Source: a virus. Taken from it: DNA of 64,000 bases. The notes below the pieces were generated by a model, which was not told the origin of the DNA, searched no databases, and saw only the letters and a program-made list of their open reading frames with translations. The position numbers and the translations under genes were made by a program. Location of the stretch: IMG/VR virus record IMGVR_UViG_3300028394_000042; one strand, written 5' to 3'. Of the stretch, positions 27,325 to 37,605 are shown piece by piece (position 1 is the stretch's first letter; the number at the start of each line of letters is the position of its first letter).

Positions 27325-28920
27325 TTAGCACGGCGCCTCTGTTGTTCCGGTTTCGCTGCAGTAAAGCGCTTGCGCCACCGTGGCTACGGCAGGCTCGATT
27401 ATGATGCGCAGGTATTCGTTGACCCATTGATACACGAAACCGTTAGACAGGTCGGTATACAGTGTATTCGCTTTGCCCGTGGCCGGAAACACTGACAGGC
27501 TGCTGTAGCTTTCACGCGCGTCTTGGCTGCCGCAGTTATTCCGCATGAGCGACTGGTCGCTGAGCGCACCTGTAAGTACACCGGTGACAATAACTGGCCC
27601 GGCGGGCTTGCTGCCGTCTGCGGCCAAGAATTTCACGCGGAACTTCAGGTATGCAGAATCCCCCGGCGGTATCTGTGGCAACGTCGACGAGTATGTCAGG
27701 CCATCGGGCGACGGGTACACAGCGACCGGCTTGCCATTTACGTTAGGCCCGAAAAGCGCTGTGTTGCCGCAGACCAGTGATGCTGTTACGCCGGGGCTGC
27801 TAACTGTAAGCATGACCGACAGCGTGACCGGCGGCAGGCATGTGGTGCATGGATTGCAGGCCATCATGACAATGTCCATGTATGGACACATCTGCGGCGT
27901 TAACATCAACCGCAGCGGGTTAGCTGTGCTACAGCCACGTTGCGCGTTCCAGCGGGCTATGTTGTTCTCGTGAGCTGTGCGAACATTCTCTGCGCGCTGC
28001 CCAATAAGGGCATATCGGTCCCGAGTTAGGTTGAGGTATTTTGCCAGATCAGAGTAGTCTGAGCATTTGCAGCAGGGCGCTGTGCAACCTGTGCCAATGT
28101 GCAGCTGGTTATCTGGATCTACGGCGCCGTCGACTAGAGGCCGGCGCGCAAACAAGCAGTCTGTGGCAGAGATCAGGAAGTCGCCGCTGGCGCTAGGAGA
28201 CACGCCATTGATAGACGTAATTGGCACGTCTCCTGTGCTTGAGCACGGCGCCAGCCCGGCACCAGAGCCAGCTTGTGCTGAGACAGTGATAGCCGTGTTG
28301 TTGCGAAACGGGCTATTGCTCGATACCTGCCCGGCCAGCTCAGTGTTGTAACTATTCTTGAGCAGTATGTTGCCAGCGTACGGCCCATGCTCGCTCTGGC
28401 CGTTGCGGACGCTGATCGTGCGCAACCTGCGGGGCATTTGATATGTAGCGCGGCCAGCAAGTTTAGCGCTGGTTGGGGTCAGGTACTTATCGTACTGTTG
28501 CTGTTCGGCTGTGTCGGGCGCCCATGTCGTATGCGTAACCAGTCGACACACGGCTGCACTACCCAGCCACTCGTATATCTTGTAGTCTGTGCCCCACGCG
28601 CTTACAGTGAACGCGGTGTTTACGGCACTGTTGAACACGACGCGGTTGGCGGCGTCGACCACAACAATGTCGGCGGCGTGCGTTGGCGTGAAGAAGTCAA
28701 CAGCTGGGGTGTTCTCTACACACCCTACGCCATAAAGATATCTAATCGACAGCGGGTATGTGATCTCAAACGCTGGCGGTTCAAAAGCCAAATAGAAATC
28801 AGCCAACAGGTAGTCGATGTCGCTAGACGGTCGGACAAGCGGGTAGTCCAGTCCGGCATCTTGGTTTACGCCGATACCGGCCCGGCCGCTTGACGATATT
28901 ACGTAATCAGGGCACGCCAT
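27325..28920 (-). CDS. baseplate/fibre-associated Cys-rich protein (paralog array)
   Basis: Probable start MACPDY; GLDYPL; ITSINGVSPSASGDF; CTAPCCKC. Confidence 0.7.
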   Translation of the reverse strand: MACPDYVISSSGRAGIGVNQDAGLDYPLVRPSSDIDYLLADFYLAFEPPAFEITYPLSIRYLYGVGCVENTPAVDFFTPTHAADIVVVDAANRVVFNSAVNTAFTVSAWGTDYKIYEWLGSAAVCRLVTHTTWAPDTAEQQQYDKYLTPTSAKLAGRATYQMPRRLRTISVRNGQSEHGPYAGNILLKNSYNTELAGQVSSNSPFRNNTAITVSAQAGSGAGLAPCSSTGDVPITSINGVSPSASGDFLISATDCLFARRPLVDGAVDPDNQLHIGTGCTAPCCKCSDYSDLAKYLNLTRDRYALIGQRAENVRTAHENNIARWNAQRGCSTANPLRLMLTPQMCPYMDIVMMACNPCTTCLPPVTLSVMLTVSSPGVTASLVCGNTALFGPNVNGKPVAVYPSPDGLTYSSTLPQIPPGDSAYLKFRVKFLAADGSKPAGPVIVTGVLTGALSDQSLMRNNCGSQDARESYSSLSVFPATGKANTLYTDLSNGFVYQWVNEYLRIIIEPAVATVAQALYCSETGTTEAPC

Positions 28921-28924
28921 TGTT

Positions 28925-29878
28925 TCACCCTGACGTGCAGCCAGAGTCTCCCAGCTTGCTGCCGAGCACGACAAGGCTCATTTGTGTTACTTCGCCGCCC
29001 ATCCGGGTAAGAAAGTTCTGCAGTGTTGCAGCCCCGTCTCCAAATCGGTTGACCTGATTTTTCAGCGCGTCTAGCTCTTTGCAGCCGCAGCATGGCGTGG
29101 CGCACGTGTCGGCAAACTTGAGCCCGCTGTTATTGGCGCCATTCAATGGGGTGATAGCCAAGCATGAGTCCGGCGCAAACATGAAGTTGCCGTCCAGCGA
29201 CGTCACGCCGTTGATAGACCGGATACAGGGCCCAGTCGAGTTTGTCACGCACGCGCATGTCTCGTTTAGATTCGCGCCAGAGATTGCTTTGATCGTAATC
29301 TCAGTCGTGCTACCAACAGTGGCTACGTCGATGTTGATGTTGCCGCCAGCAACCAGTGTGACGTCGCCGTAGATAGGCGCGCTAAGTTCATTGTTGTTGC
29401 TGATCTGCAGTCGTTGCACCCCGCGGATCATAGGCCGGATGCAGTCTGTCTCCAGTTCACCGGCAGCTTGTGTGAACTCATAAAGCCCGGGCGGCAACTT
29501 GTCGATATCGTCAAGCGAGCCAAGCACCAGTTGGCCGACGCAGTCAGCGAAGTCGTTTATTCCGCCCAGCGCATAAGTTTGGTCGGCAACGTAGCCCGTG
29601 CGGATGATGTTGGCTGCTGCTACGTCTACAGTGTCACCAGCCGCCTCGTAACCCACCGTAATATTGAAGCCAGTGGGGGAGATCAGCACGCGCCGCACAA
29701 AGAAGTTGCTGGGCGCGAACGTCAGGCCAGAATGAATAGGCAAATACAGGCCGACGAGAAAGCTGTCTGGCAGCGTGAGCGTGCCGGTAGTGTCAGTTTT
29801 TGTAGCCCGAGTTGTGAACGGGTACGAGCGCTGGGCGTTGTGGTTCAGCCACTCTAAATTCCAGTTTCCGATAACCAT
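28925..29878 (-). CDS. baseplate/fibre-associated protein (paralog array)
   Basis: WLNHNAQRSYPF; IRSINGVTSLDGNF; CATPCCGC followed by a coiled coil. Confidence 0.7.
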   Translation of the reverse strand: MVIGNWNLEWLNHNAQRSYPFTTRATKTDTTGTLTLPDSFLVGLYLPIHSGLTFAPSNFFVRRVLISPTGFNITVGYEAAGDTVDVAAANIIRTGYVADQTYALGGINDFADCVGQLVLGSLDDIDKLPPGLYEFTQAAGELETDCIRPMIRGVQRLQISNNNELSAPIYGDVTLVAGGNINIDVATVGSTTEITIKAISGANLNETCACVTNSTGPCIRSINGVTSLDGNFMFAPDSCLAITPLNGANNSGLKFADTCATPCCGCKELDALKNQVNRFGDGAATLQNFLTRMGGEVTQMSLVVLGSKLGDSGCTSG

Positions 29879-29894
29879 GACAGTTCACACACCC

Positions 29895-31781
29895 TTATGT
29901 AGCGCTGTACACAATTCCGGCGATCCTCAACACGCCTACGTCGCCCAAATACGCATCAGCATCAGTGCGGCCGATGGTCACAAGCACTGTATCGCCAGCT
30001 GCAATACTGAACGGCGCGCTGTCTTTGACAATCGCAATGTCAGACGACAGCGTTACGACCGAGTTGAACGTTAAGTTTGTGTCGTTTTGTTCAAGAGGAG
30101 TGCCCGTGATAGCGGCGGGAGCCGGCAGACGGCGGTACGTCATGTAAAGCGCCGGCAATGACTGGCTTGCACCACCGCGGCCGAAGAACTGCACGCGGAT
30201 CTTCATTTGCAGGTTATCGCCAAGATTGCTGTCGGGTACGTTGAGCCGTACGCGCAGCAATGAAGCTTGGCCGGGCGGGAAGCCGATATATGGAATGTCC
30301 ATATACAGCCGCTCGACGGTATCGCTGAGCCGGATGATCTGCGGCGAAATCTCGCGCTCGACCAGCTGATCTGTGTAGTCGAGTTTCACCACGCCTTGAT
30401 GCAGCACGTGGTTGCCGCTCAGGCCAAACTCGTCCAGCTCGGCAGTAGTTAAGTTACGCTTTGTGCCGCGGGTGCTGGAGAGCGAAAGCTGGTTAGACGT
30501 TGTGAATACGCCTTCTGTGACCCAGCCGGCTTTCAGTTTGTTACCGCCGGGGGCTTCTTTCAGCGCCTGCCCACCAATAGCCTCTGCTGGAAGTATGGGC
30601 AGGTTGATGTCGAGCATCAGGTCGCCGGTGCCGGTGGTGCTTGGCGTCCCGTCGCAGCTCTCGACAAGAATGGGGCTGCCGGGAGCCGACTCAAGCTTTG
30701 TTACAGCTGTACGGTCATTGCCGTACAGCATGCGCAGAAACACAACCTCTACGCGCATGTCTTCCTGCACGGGGCACGCTGTTGACTCAGGTGCGTAGTC
30801 TGCGTCTGTAGTATCTGTGTCAGCGGGCCACGGCACTTCGCCAAAGCAGTCTTTCATCCACCAGATGCCGTTGCGGTCACAAATAACAAAACCAGCTGCG
30901 CCCTGCGCTACTTCACTCGCGCCGCGTTGTTTTGGCGCTGTTGGCGAGCCCGCTGTCTCATCGTGACCCTTGTCCCACAGCACAGCGACGGACTGAATTG
31001 GCACCGGGGGCCAGACATTGGCCAGCGTGGTGTGTTGCGACAAGTTGTAGCCGAACTTAGCTCCGGCTGGCGCCTTGCCGTTGAAACTACCGTGCGCTGC
31101 CGGGAGCCAACCCTGCAAGTTAGCGTCAGCGTCTGTGATCACGTGTGCGTCGGTGTCTTCTGGCTGCGTGTGCGTGCCAGCTGGCTTGGCGTACAGCGCA
31201 AACCTGTAATGAGTGTGCTCGTCAATGAAGTCGCGCAGGTGCGGCATAACAACAACACGCGGCACATCGGAGCAGTTGTCTTTGGGGCCCTGCACGTGGC
31301 ATACGCTCACGTTTACAGACGGCTTCTGCTGCGTGAGCTTCCCGGGCTCAGATGTTGAAAGGTAGTAGCGACCGGGCAGTACGGCGCCGGTGATGGCGTT
31401 GTCCAAGTTCGAGATATCGACGATGCCCTGCAGCACAATGTCGCCCAGTGTGGCTGTGCGCTTTGTGAGACACAGGCCCACGCAGTCAGATGACGGCTGC
31501 ACGGTCGGGAGCTGGGTGACAGTGTCGTTAGCGACAGAAGCAAGCGCCTGCTCGTAGCGCTGCGTAGTGTAGTTCCAGTACACCGGCTGGCCGGGCATTA
31601 CGTTTGTTGCGATTGTTGCGTTTGAGTCAACAATGGCCCGGCCGACCACAGCTGCGTCCAGCCGGTCTTTCAGGTGGTCCGTACGGTCGGCCAGCGTGCG
31701 GTCAGCGCGATTGACGACGTCTGCCTGCACCGGCTCGCCGGGGGCGACGTACGACACTTTATTGAGCCAGTTACTGGGCAT
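29895..31781 (-). CDS. putative baseplate/tail-fibre attachment protein
   Basis: GEPVQADVVNRADRTLADRTDHLK N-terminus resembles fibre anchors; PGRYYLSTSEPGKLT; position after baseplate genes. Confidence 0.6.
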   Translation of the reverse strand: MPSNWLNKVSYVAPGEPVQADVVNRADRTLADRTDHLKDRLDAAVVGRAIVDSNATIATNVMPGQPVYWNYTTQRYEQALASVANDTVTQLPTVQPSSDCVGLCLTKRTATLGDIVLQGIVDISNLDNAITGAVLPGRYYLSTSEPGKLTQQKPSVNVSVCHVQGPKDNCSDVPRVVVMPHLRDFIDEHTHYRFALYAKPAGTHTQPEDTDAHVITDADANLQGWLPAAHGSFNGKAPAGAKFGYNLSQHTTLANVWPPVPIQSVAVLWDKGHDETAGSPTAPKQRGASEVAQGAAGFVICDRNGIWWMKDCFGEVPWPADTDTTDADYAPESTACPVQEDMRVEVVFLRMLYGNDRTAVTKLESAPGSPILVESCDGTPSTTGTGDLMLDINLPILPAEAIGGQALKEAPGGNKLKAGWVTEGVFTTSNQLSLSSTRGTKRNLTTAELDEFGLSGNHVLHQGVVKLDYTDQLVEREISPQIIRLSDTVERLYMDIPYIGFPPGQASLLRVRLNVPDSNLGDNLQMKIRVQFFGRGGASQSLPALYMTYRRLPAPAAITGTPLEQNDTNLTFNSVVTLSSDIAIVKDSAPFSIAAGDTVLVTIGRTDADAYLGDVGVLRIAGIVYSAT

Positions 31782-31828
31782 CCTTGCCTCCCGCGAAATG
31801 GAACACTAGTGGGCCGCGAAACGGTGCA

Positions 31829-32452
31829 CTACTCAAATGCGATATCCCAAGTAATGCCGATCTGGGAGGACGCTTCTTTTGTTACCTGATTGGCGCCTGT
31901 AAACATCGTGCGCGCAAACACGGCATCTTTTGTGCGGTCGCTAAACACTGGCGCGGCAACAAGCGTTGCGGCAAACACCTTGCTGTTCACGACATTGCTA
32001 AACGCCTTGCCGCGCACGCCAGTAGTGCCGGACGTCTGTGCAAAGAACGTCAACTGGTTGGCCTGCTGGCTGATCGGCAGGTTCGCCTCAAAGCCGCTGG
32101 ATACCCCAAGTGCCGGCTCCAGACTCAGCGGAATACGCAAAAAGTCGCGCTCACCGGAAAGTGAGTTGTAGTAATTAATGCCGACATCCCGGGCAAAACC
32201 TGTTGTCGCGATAACGTCGGCTGGGTTTTCTTGGTTCTCAAACTCGATATACAGCGCCGAGATGTGATAAGACGGCCGGTCAGCCTGTGCGCGGTAGCCA
32301 AGTTGCTTGGCAGCGATAAAGCCCCACGAATACTGGATTTGGTTGTGCTGCGAAAAAATAGGCGTGTGCAAGCCGGTTTTTTCGTCAATGCTCCAAAGCG
32401 TGACGTGACCGCGAACGCCAAAATTTTCCGGTGTGATTTTGTCAGCAGCCAT
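31829..32452 (-). CDS. putative baseplate/collar protein
   Basis: GHVTLW...HNQI...VFARTMF...KEASSQIGITWDIAF pattern and position. Confidence 0.55.
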   Translation of the reverse strand: MAADKITPENFGVRGHVTLWSIDEKTGLHTPIFSQHNQIQYSWGFIAAKQLGYRAQADRPSYHISALYIEFENQENPADVIATTGFARDVGINYYNSLSGERDFLRIPLSLEPALGVSSGFEANLPISQQANQLTFFAQTSGTTGVRGKAFSNVVNSKVFAATLVAAPVFSDRTKDAVFARTMFTGANQVTKEASSQIGITWDIAFE

Positions 32453-32461
32453 TGTGGTTCC

Positions 32462-34189
32462 TTACTGGCACGTACCTGATACCAACCTGACCGTTACGCC
32501 CAAATCCTGCACAAGTGTTACCGGCACAGTGTCGCTTTGGGGCGCCATTCCGGTAAAAACACGCGCTGTATCGCTGATAACGTCTTCGGCGTTTACAACG
32601 TCTAGCCCGCCTGTCAGCTCGAAAATCACTATCATTGCGACCTGCGGCGGGAGCAACTGCCGTAGGTGTCTAACATTGTACAGGCCGAGGTGATTTTGCC
32701 CCAACGCAGAAATTTGAATTCTGACTACAAATATGTTGTTTCGCAGCACATTTTCTACCAAAAACTGCATTGGGTTAATGGTTCTTGGCAGATGGGTTAC
32801 TTCCGGCTCTGTAACTGAGTTTGCCCGCCTGTCGAGGATGTGCGCAAGCGTTCCCCGGCGTTTACTGCGCACAATACACGGCTGGTCGTTCGCTTGGGCA
32901 GACGCTACGCCCCGGCTGTGAATCTCGTCAAAGAACCGGTCTACTTCTGCCGGTAAGCCCCCGAGCGCGAACTTCAGGTAGGTGTAGCCGCTTGGGTGGT
33001 CTGTAATCACCTCCAAGGGCACATCTACGTTCTCAAATACCAGCTCGCCGTAAAAGCAGGCAGACAGGAAACCGCCGTCGAGGGTCAGGGCGTTAATAGC
33101 CTTGCGGGTTCGGCGGCATACTTCTGAATTGGGGTCTAGCAGGATCTCGTCGTCGCCTTCGGTCGTAAGGCTTTCCCACAGGTTATCGGCCAGCACAGTG
33201 TCAGCAGGCGGGCAGCACACGAATTCCGGGTTTGTGGTGGTGAGTTGCGCGTATTTGTTGCCGACGAAGAACTCTGTGATCTCTAAGCCAGAAATTAGCT
33301 GTGTGCCGGCGCTGATCTGCTGGCCTACCGTCACTTTGGCTGTAGCGCCGGTGTTGAACCTGTAAACAGCCTTGTCGGTTATGATAAGTAAACCCGTGGC
33401 GTCCCGGTCAACCACTTCTACGGTTTCAGTGGGCTCAAGGCTAACCGGGATGCCACTGATCGCCGCGAGGGCCAAATCCAGTGTCGCCGCGCTAGCGCCG
33501 CCTTCGATAAGGCCGTTTATGATCGCGTTGGTGAGGTCTTTGTAGCCCTGACTGGTCTTTAGGTACAGCCCGACAGCGTACGCAAACTGGCGGAACACGT
33601 ACTCGTAATCGAACTGGCCGCAGAACCCCCAGAGCACTATTTCTTCGTCGTTCTCTACGCCTGCGATTGGTTTGCGCACCAGCCCGAGGTTGTCGAACGG
33701 ATTGACCGGGAAAACAATCGAGTTGCGCGTCGAGTCGATTGTGAAATCTATGTTTTTCAGCAGCGCCACTGTCGGATACGTAATCCGGTTGAACAGTTGG
33801 CGCACATCAGCGAGCTTGGCCGGCAGCGGGAAGGCAAAGCTTGTTTGAACAGGTGTTACGTCAAACTGGAGGCCGGAGTAGTCAAATACACCGGCGTTGT
33901 CGTCAAACCGGCTACCGGCTACAGCCGCAGAGTTCAGCTCAGACTTCTTTATCGTGATTGGCGTGATTGTCTCAGTGTGGAACAGCGGCACGTCATACCG
34001 GCTGAGCATTGCCAGCGTTTCAAGCAAGTTTTGGTACGTCTGGTTGGCTATCTGCCCTGTCGCTGCCGCATAAGACGAGACTTGGTCGGAGCTTGTGTAC
34101 GTGCGGGACCAGAAGCTTCCGAGCACAGCAACGAGATTGCGTGCGCGGTCAAAGTCAGAGCCCGGGTATACAAATGTCGGTGTGTCCAT
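32462..34189 (-). CDS. putative baseplate wedge protein
   Basis: Directly downstream of the baseplate J-like gene; LGSFWSRTY N-terminus. Confidence 0.55.
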   Translation of the reverse strand: MDTPTFVYPGSDFDRARNLVAVLGSFWSRTYTSSDQVSSYAAATGQIANQTYQNLLETLAMLSRYDVPLFHTETITPITIKKSELNSAAVAGSRFDDNAGVFDYSGLQFDVTPVQTSFAFPLPAKLADVRQLFNRITYPTVALLKNIDFTIDSTRNSIVFPVNPFDNLGLVRKPIAGVENDEEIVLWGFCGQFDYEYVFRQFAYAVGLYLKTSQGYKDLTNAIINGLIEGGASAATLDLALAAISGIPVSLEPTETVEVVDRDATGLLIITDKAVYRFNTGATAKVTVGQQISAGTQLISGLEITEFFVGNKYAQLTTTNPEFVCCPPADTVLADNLWESLTTEGDDEILLDPNSEVCRRTRKAINALTLDGGFLSACFYGELVFENVDVPLEVITDHPSGYTYLKFALGGLPAEVDRFFDEIHSRGVASAQANDQPCIVRSKRRGTLAHILDRRANSVTEPEVTHLPRTINPMQFLVENVLRNNIFVVRIQISALGQNHLGLYNVRHLRQLLPPQVAMIVIFELTGGLDVVNAEDVISDTARVFTGMAPQSDTVPVTLVQDLGVTVRLVSGTCQ

Positions 34190-34197
34190 GCGTCACA

Positions 34198-35835
34198 TCA
34201 ATTCAGAAAGCCAGCAGCGACGACCGAAATCGATACGTCTTGCGGGCTTGTGAGGAATACTGTCGTGCGGCCGGTAACCAGTCTTTCGGGGTCTGTCGGT
34301 ATGCGCAGAATAGCGCTATCGCGTACAAAGCTTAAATCGCCATTGGGGCGCCGGATCTTACCGAACATATCGATGCTGCTAACGGCTTGCTGGCCTGTCA
34401 GGTAGTCATGCACAACGTTTGTAATGACCGACGCATGCAATTGGCCAGAGAAGCCAATCTTGGACACAGCGGCACTTACAGCAGCTTGAATCTCTGCAAC
34501 AGGCGGCGTTGGGTCACTGGCTTGGGTGCGAATCTCAAATGAAATCTTGGTGAAGCACGGCACTGCGGCTTTGACCAGAATATCAGCGCTGCGCGATCTG
34601 TTAGCGCGAGAACTCAAGAAGTCCTGCATCTCGGCAATCAACGGCATAGCTGATGTCGTGACCACATACAGCGCGCGGGACTCGTTTGCAACCAAAGAAC
34701 TGGTGGCGGCGTCAGTGTCGTTGAAGCGGATCACGGCGTTTTGATATCTAGTGTACGTGCCTTCGTGCAGGTACAACACGTCTGGGACAAAGTCTGTGTT
34801 CAAGAAATCAATGTTGCGGATATCTTCAGCTACGCCGTATCCGCTGGACACTGTGTCGCCAGCCCGGGCAATACGGGTAACTTCGTAGAAACCGGGCGCG
34901 GTGTCTCTCGGCAGAATGAGCTGCCACTGATTCCCGCCCATATATGTAGCTTCAAGCAAGTGGTCTTGCAGCTGAGCGTAATCGCTGGTCTGCACATAGA
35001 TGTCGACCTTGCCGCCGCCTGATACTGGAAACAAGCTGTGCTGGTCGCGCTGCTGCTCTGGGTCGCCGCAGCCCAGCACCGAGACGTGCAGCGTGTTAGA
35101 GAACGCGGGCTGGTTGAGAATAGCTGCGGTGTAGCTCTGCCGACTGCCGATTGTCTTTGCGGCAAGGGCGGGCGCAAGCTTGGTCAGGTACTCTGCGTTT
35201 GAACTGGCGTCGCGACCGTGGATAAAGTCAGTGTTGGCGTATACGTCGGCGGTGTTGTTCAGCACGCTGTTTGGCGTGAGTTTAACGCCGCGGCGAATGT
35301 TGCCAGCTGCGCCAATAGTCGTAGCCTGCACAGTGATGTTAGCCGCGTAAGTACCGTCGCCTACCGGGATCATTACGCGCTCGTTTGCTGCCGTGGCTAC
35401 GTTACCGGCGCGCAGAATAACAAACGCCTCAGTGGGTTGAAATACAACACCAGTATCTGCGGCCGTGAGGCGCACATTAGCCGCAATGGCTGTTGTGACG
35501 TTCAGGTGAAAAATAACAGTGGCTACGCCTGTGGCTGGCGTACCGTTATCGCGGGTGATGTTGTAGTTCGACAACACCTGATCAACGACGCTCGTGTCTG
35601 CAAGTGTCGGATCGGTATTGATATCTAAAAGACTGTTGCTCTGCTGCAGGCGTGTGATGTTCTCTTGAATCGCTGCGTTCAGCACGCCGTCAAAGTACAG
35701 CACAAGATCGTGAAACACACCCCGAGTTAACTCAACCTCTGGGTGGCTTTCGGCCATAAGCTGCGTCAATTGAGCAATCATGGCCGCCACTTTTGTAGCG
35801 TCCAGCTGCTTTAAACTTGTGATCTCAATAGCCAT
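34198..35835 (-). CDS. baseplate J / T4 gp6-like protein
   Basis: GVFHDLVL...TRDNGTPATG...VQATTIGAAGNI...GGKVDIYV. Confidence 0.85.
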   Translation of the reverse strand: MAIEITSLKQLDATKVAAMIAQLTQLMAESHPEVELTRGVFHDLVLYFDGVLNAAIQENITRLQQSNSLLDINTDPTLADTSVVDQVLSNYNITRDNGTPATGVATVIFHLNVTTAIAANVRLTAADTGVVFQPTEAFVILRAGNVATAANERVMIPVGDGTYAANITVQATTIGAAGNIRRGVKLTPNSVLNNTADVYANTDFIHGRDASSNAEYLTKLAPALAAKTIGSRQSYTAAILNQPAFSNTLHVSVLGCGDPEQQRDQHSLFPVSGGGKVDIYVQTSDYAQLQDHLLEATYMGGNQWQLILPRDTAPGFYEVTRIARAGDTVSSGYGVAEDIRNIDFLNTDFVPDVLYLHEGTYTRYQNAVIRFNDTDAATSSLVANESRALYVVTTSAMPLIAEMQDFLSSRANRSRSADILVKAAVPCFTKISFEIRTQASDPTPPVAEIQAAVSAAVSKIGFSGQLHASVITNVVHDYLTGQQAVSSIDMFGKIRRPNGDLSFVRDSAILRIPTDPERLVTGRTTVFLTSPQDVSISVVAAGFLN

Positions 35836-35842
35836 GTTGCAC

Positions 35843-36310
35843 CTACGGCAGTGTTTCTACGGGTAAGATGATTGTACGGGCATCGCCGGCTACACTTGAG
35901 ATAGCTACGCGTAGATTTAAGTAGCCCGGGCCTATGACAACAGATAGCAACTCAGCGTCGTCGAGGCGCTCGTCGGCGGGCATTGCGTCGTATTCTTCCA
36001 GCTGGAGCGCTGTTCGTACTCGTAACGCAGAGGCATAGAACGACTGCTCTACGTTTAGCTGTGTGCGCAACCGGCCTTGGCGCACGGCCGCCATAAAATC
36101 GCAACCCCTGTCAGGTAGGCCGGGCATAGAACCTTTTTCGGTCAAAAACTCCAGCACCCAGCGCTGCGTAAGCTTTTGGGCGCCGACGCAAATTTTGCCA
36201 GCTGTTTGCCCGGAGTAAAGCGCCATGTCCAGCTGCGCTTCCCCATTAGGTGTGGCGCCTTGAAACGCCAAGAAGTCGTATTTACGTACAGCGTAGTCTG
36301 CAAGGCTCAT
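35843..36310 (-). CDS. gp25/gpW-like baseplate (sheath initiator) protein
   Basis: GAQKLTQRWVLEFLTEKGS...PDRGCDF...DERLDDAEL; immediately upstream of J. Confidence 0.75.
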   Translation of the reverse strand: MSLADYAVRKYDFLAFQGATPNGEAQLDMALYSGQTAGKICVGAQKLTQRWVLEFLTEKGSMPGLPDRGCDFMAAVRQGRLRTQLNVEQSFYASALRVRTALQLEEYDAMPADERLDDAELLSVVIGPGYLNLRVAISSVAGDARTIILPVETLP

Positions 36311-36319
36311 GGTTTACTC

Positions 36320-36790
36320 CTAGCTACCGCGGCCAGCGCGAATGTAAGAAACCACGCCGTTTTTGACCACAGAGAACACGCTTTTGTTTACCTGCGCGTG
36401 TCCGTCAAGCCGCCCGTGCATAAAAGCCATACAGCGAGGATATGACGCATGGCGCATACGCCACGCGCGCTCTTCTACGGCCATGAAGTCTGCCTGCCAC
36501 TTCATTGCGATAAGATCACCAGTTGTGCCGCTGTCTTTACCAGACCCGCCCAGTATGTCAGCGGAATAGATCTTATTGATATCATTACGGTCCCATGACG
36601 GCGAGTGCATACCCGGCACGTCCAGCAGCTCTTTTTCTTTAAGCTCGTCGGGCGTGTGCCATGGCCTCGCGTCACTCATGTACCTGAAAGTAGCGGCCAT
36701 TTGCCCGGCGCGGTCTTCTAGCTGAGCTACGCGCGCGGCAAATTTAGCGTCAAGCTGTCCGCGGCTTGTGCCGTCAATTGGTGCTGACAT
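36320..36790 (-). CDS. hypothetical protein
   Basis: 156-aa ORF within the operon. Confidence 0.7.
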   Translation of the reverse strand: MSAPIDGTSRGQLDAKFAARVAQLEDRAGQMAATFRYMSDARPWHTPDELKEKELLDVPGMHSPSWDRNDINKIYSADILGGSGKDSGTTGDLIAMKWQADFMAVEERAWRMRHASYPRCMAFMHGRLDGHAQVNKSVFSVVKNGVVSYIRAGRGS

Positions 36791-36792
36791 GA

Positions 36793-37605
36793 TTAAAATC
36801 CGCCGTAGGTGTGTCGTTTGTCTAGCATGCCCTGAATCTTAGCCGCGCGTTGGCTTACAGCGCCCGGTGTAATTTTCAATTTCTGCGCAATTTCCTGTGT
36901 GCTTGTACGCCGCCGCCCGTTACGCCCGAGCGTCATATCTGCAATGAGTTTATCGGTCGGTCCCAAATCGTCATAGACAAAGTTGAACCACGCATCTGCA
37001 GCGTTGTTCGCGCCGGGAATGCTGCTGGCCATTCCGTCTCCGTAGCTGTCTTCGCTTGTCTCGCGTGTCGTTGTGCCTTCTGCGAGCGGCTGGTTGAATC
37101 GCCTGATTTTTTGAATACGGCGCTTGGACAGGCCGGTGGAATCAGCCAGCTCGTCATCTGTCGGGTCGCGCCCAAGAACGTCGTTAAGTTCTATTTCGTG
37201 TTCGTTCAATCTGGAGAAATCAAGGCCAGCCTGCTCTGGCACGTTGATAATATTTTGCGATTGCGCCGACAACCGCCGAATACCCTGTAACTGTGAAAGC
37301 AAATGCGTGCGGACATTACCCCGCTCTGGGTCAAAACTGCCTAGAGCCTTGAGCGCCATAATTTTTGCCCGCGACTTGATCGTTGGCCCGGCCGTGTTAC
37401 CGGCATAACTCGACACAGCCGTGTCGATTACGGGCTGGATTGTCTTCAACATAGCCGTGCTTGCTTCGGGCGTTTTGTTTGTCTGCCACTGCGCATATGC
37501 GTTGCTGAAATCATCATGCACACCAGCCGGGCGAGAACCAGAAAACGGTCCGCGAATATCGCCAAGAATAGACGGCGCGCCAGTAGTTGTGATTTTGTCG
37601 CTCAT
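36793..37605 (-). CDS. sigma70-family RNA polymerase sigma factor (FliA/SigF-like architecture)
   Basis: Region 2 ALKALGSFDPERGNVRTH; region 3 LGRDPTDDELADSTGLS; region 4 STQEIAQKLKITPGAVSQR. Confidence 0.88.
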   Translation of the reverse strand: MSDKITTTGAPSILGDIRGPFSGSRPAGVHDDFSNAYAQWQTNKTPEASTAMLKTIQPVIDTAVSSYAGNTAGPTIKSRAKIMALKALGSFDPERGNVRTHLLSQLQGIRRLSAQSQNIINVPEQAGLDFSRLNEHEIELNDVLGRDPTDDELADSTGLSKRRIQKIRRFNQPLAEGTTTRETSEDSYGDGMASSIPGANNAADAWFNFVYDDLGPTDKLIADMTLGRNGRRRTSTQEIAQKLKITPGAVSQRAAKIQGMLDKRHTYGGF

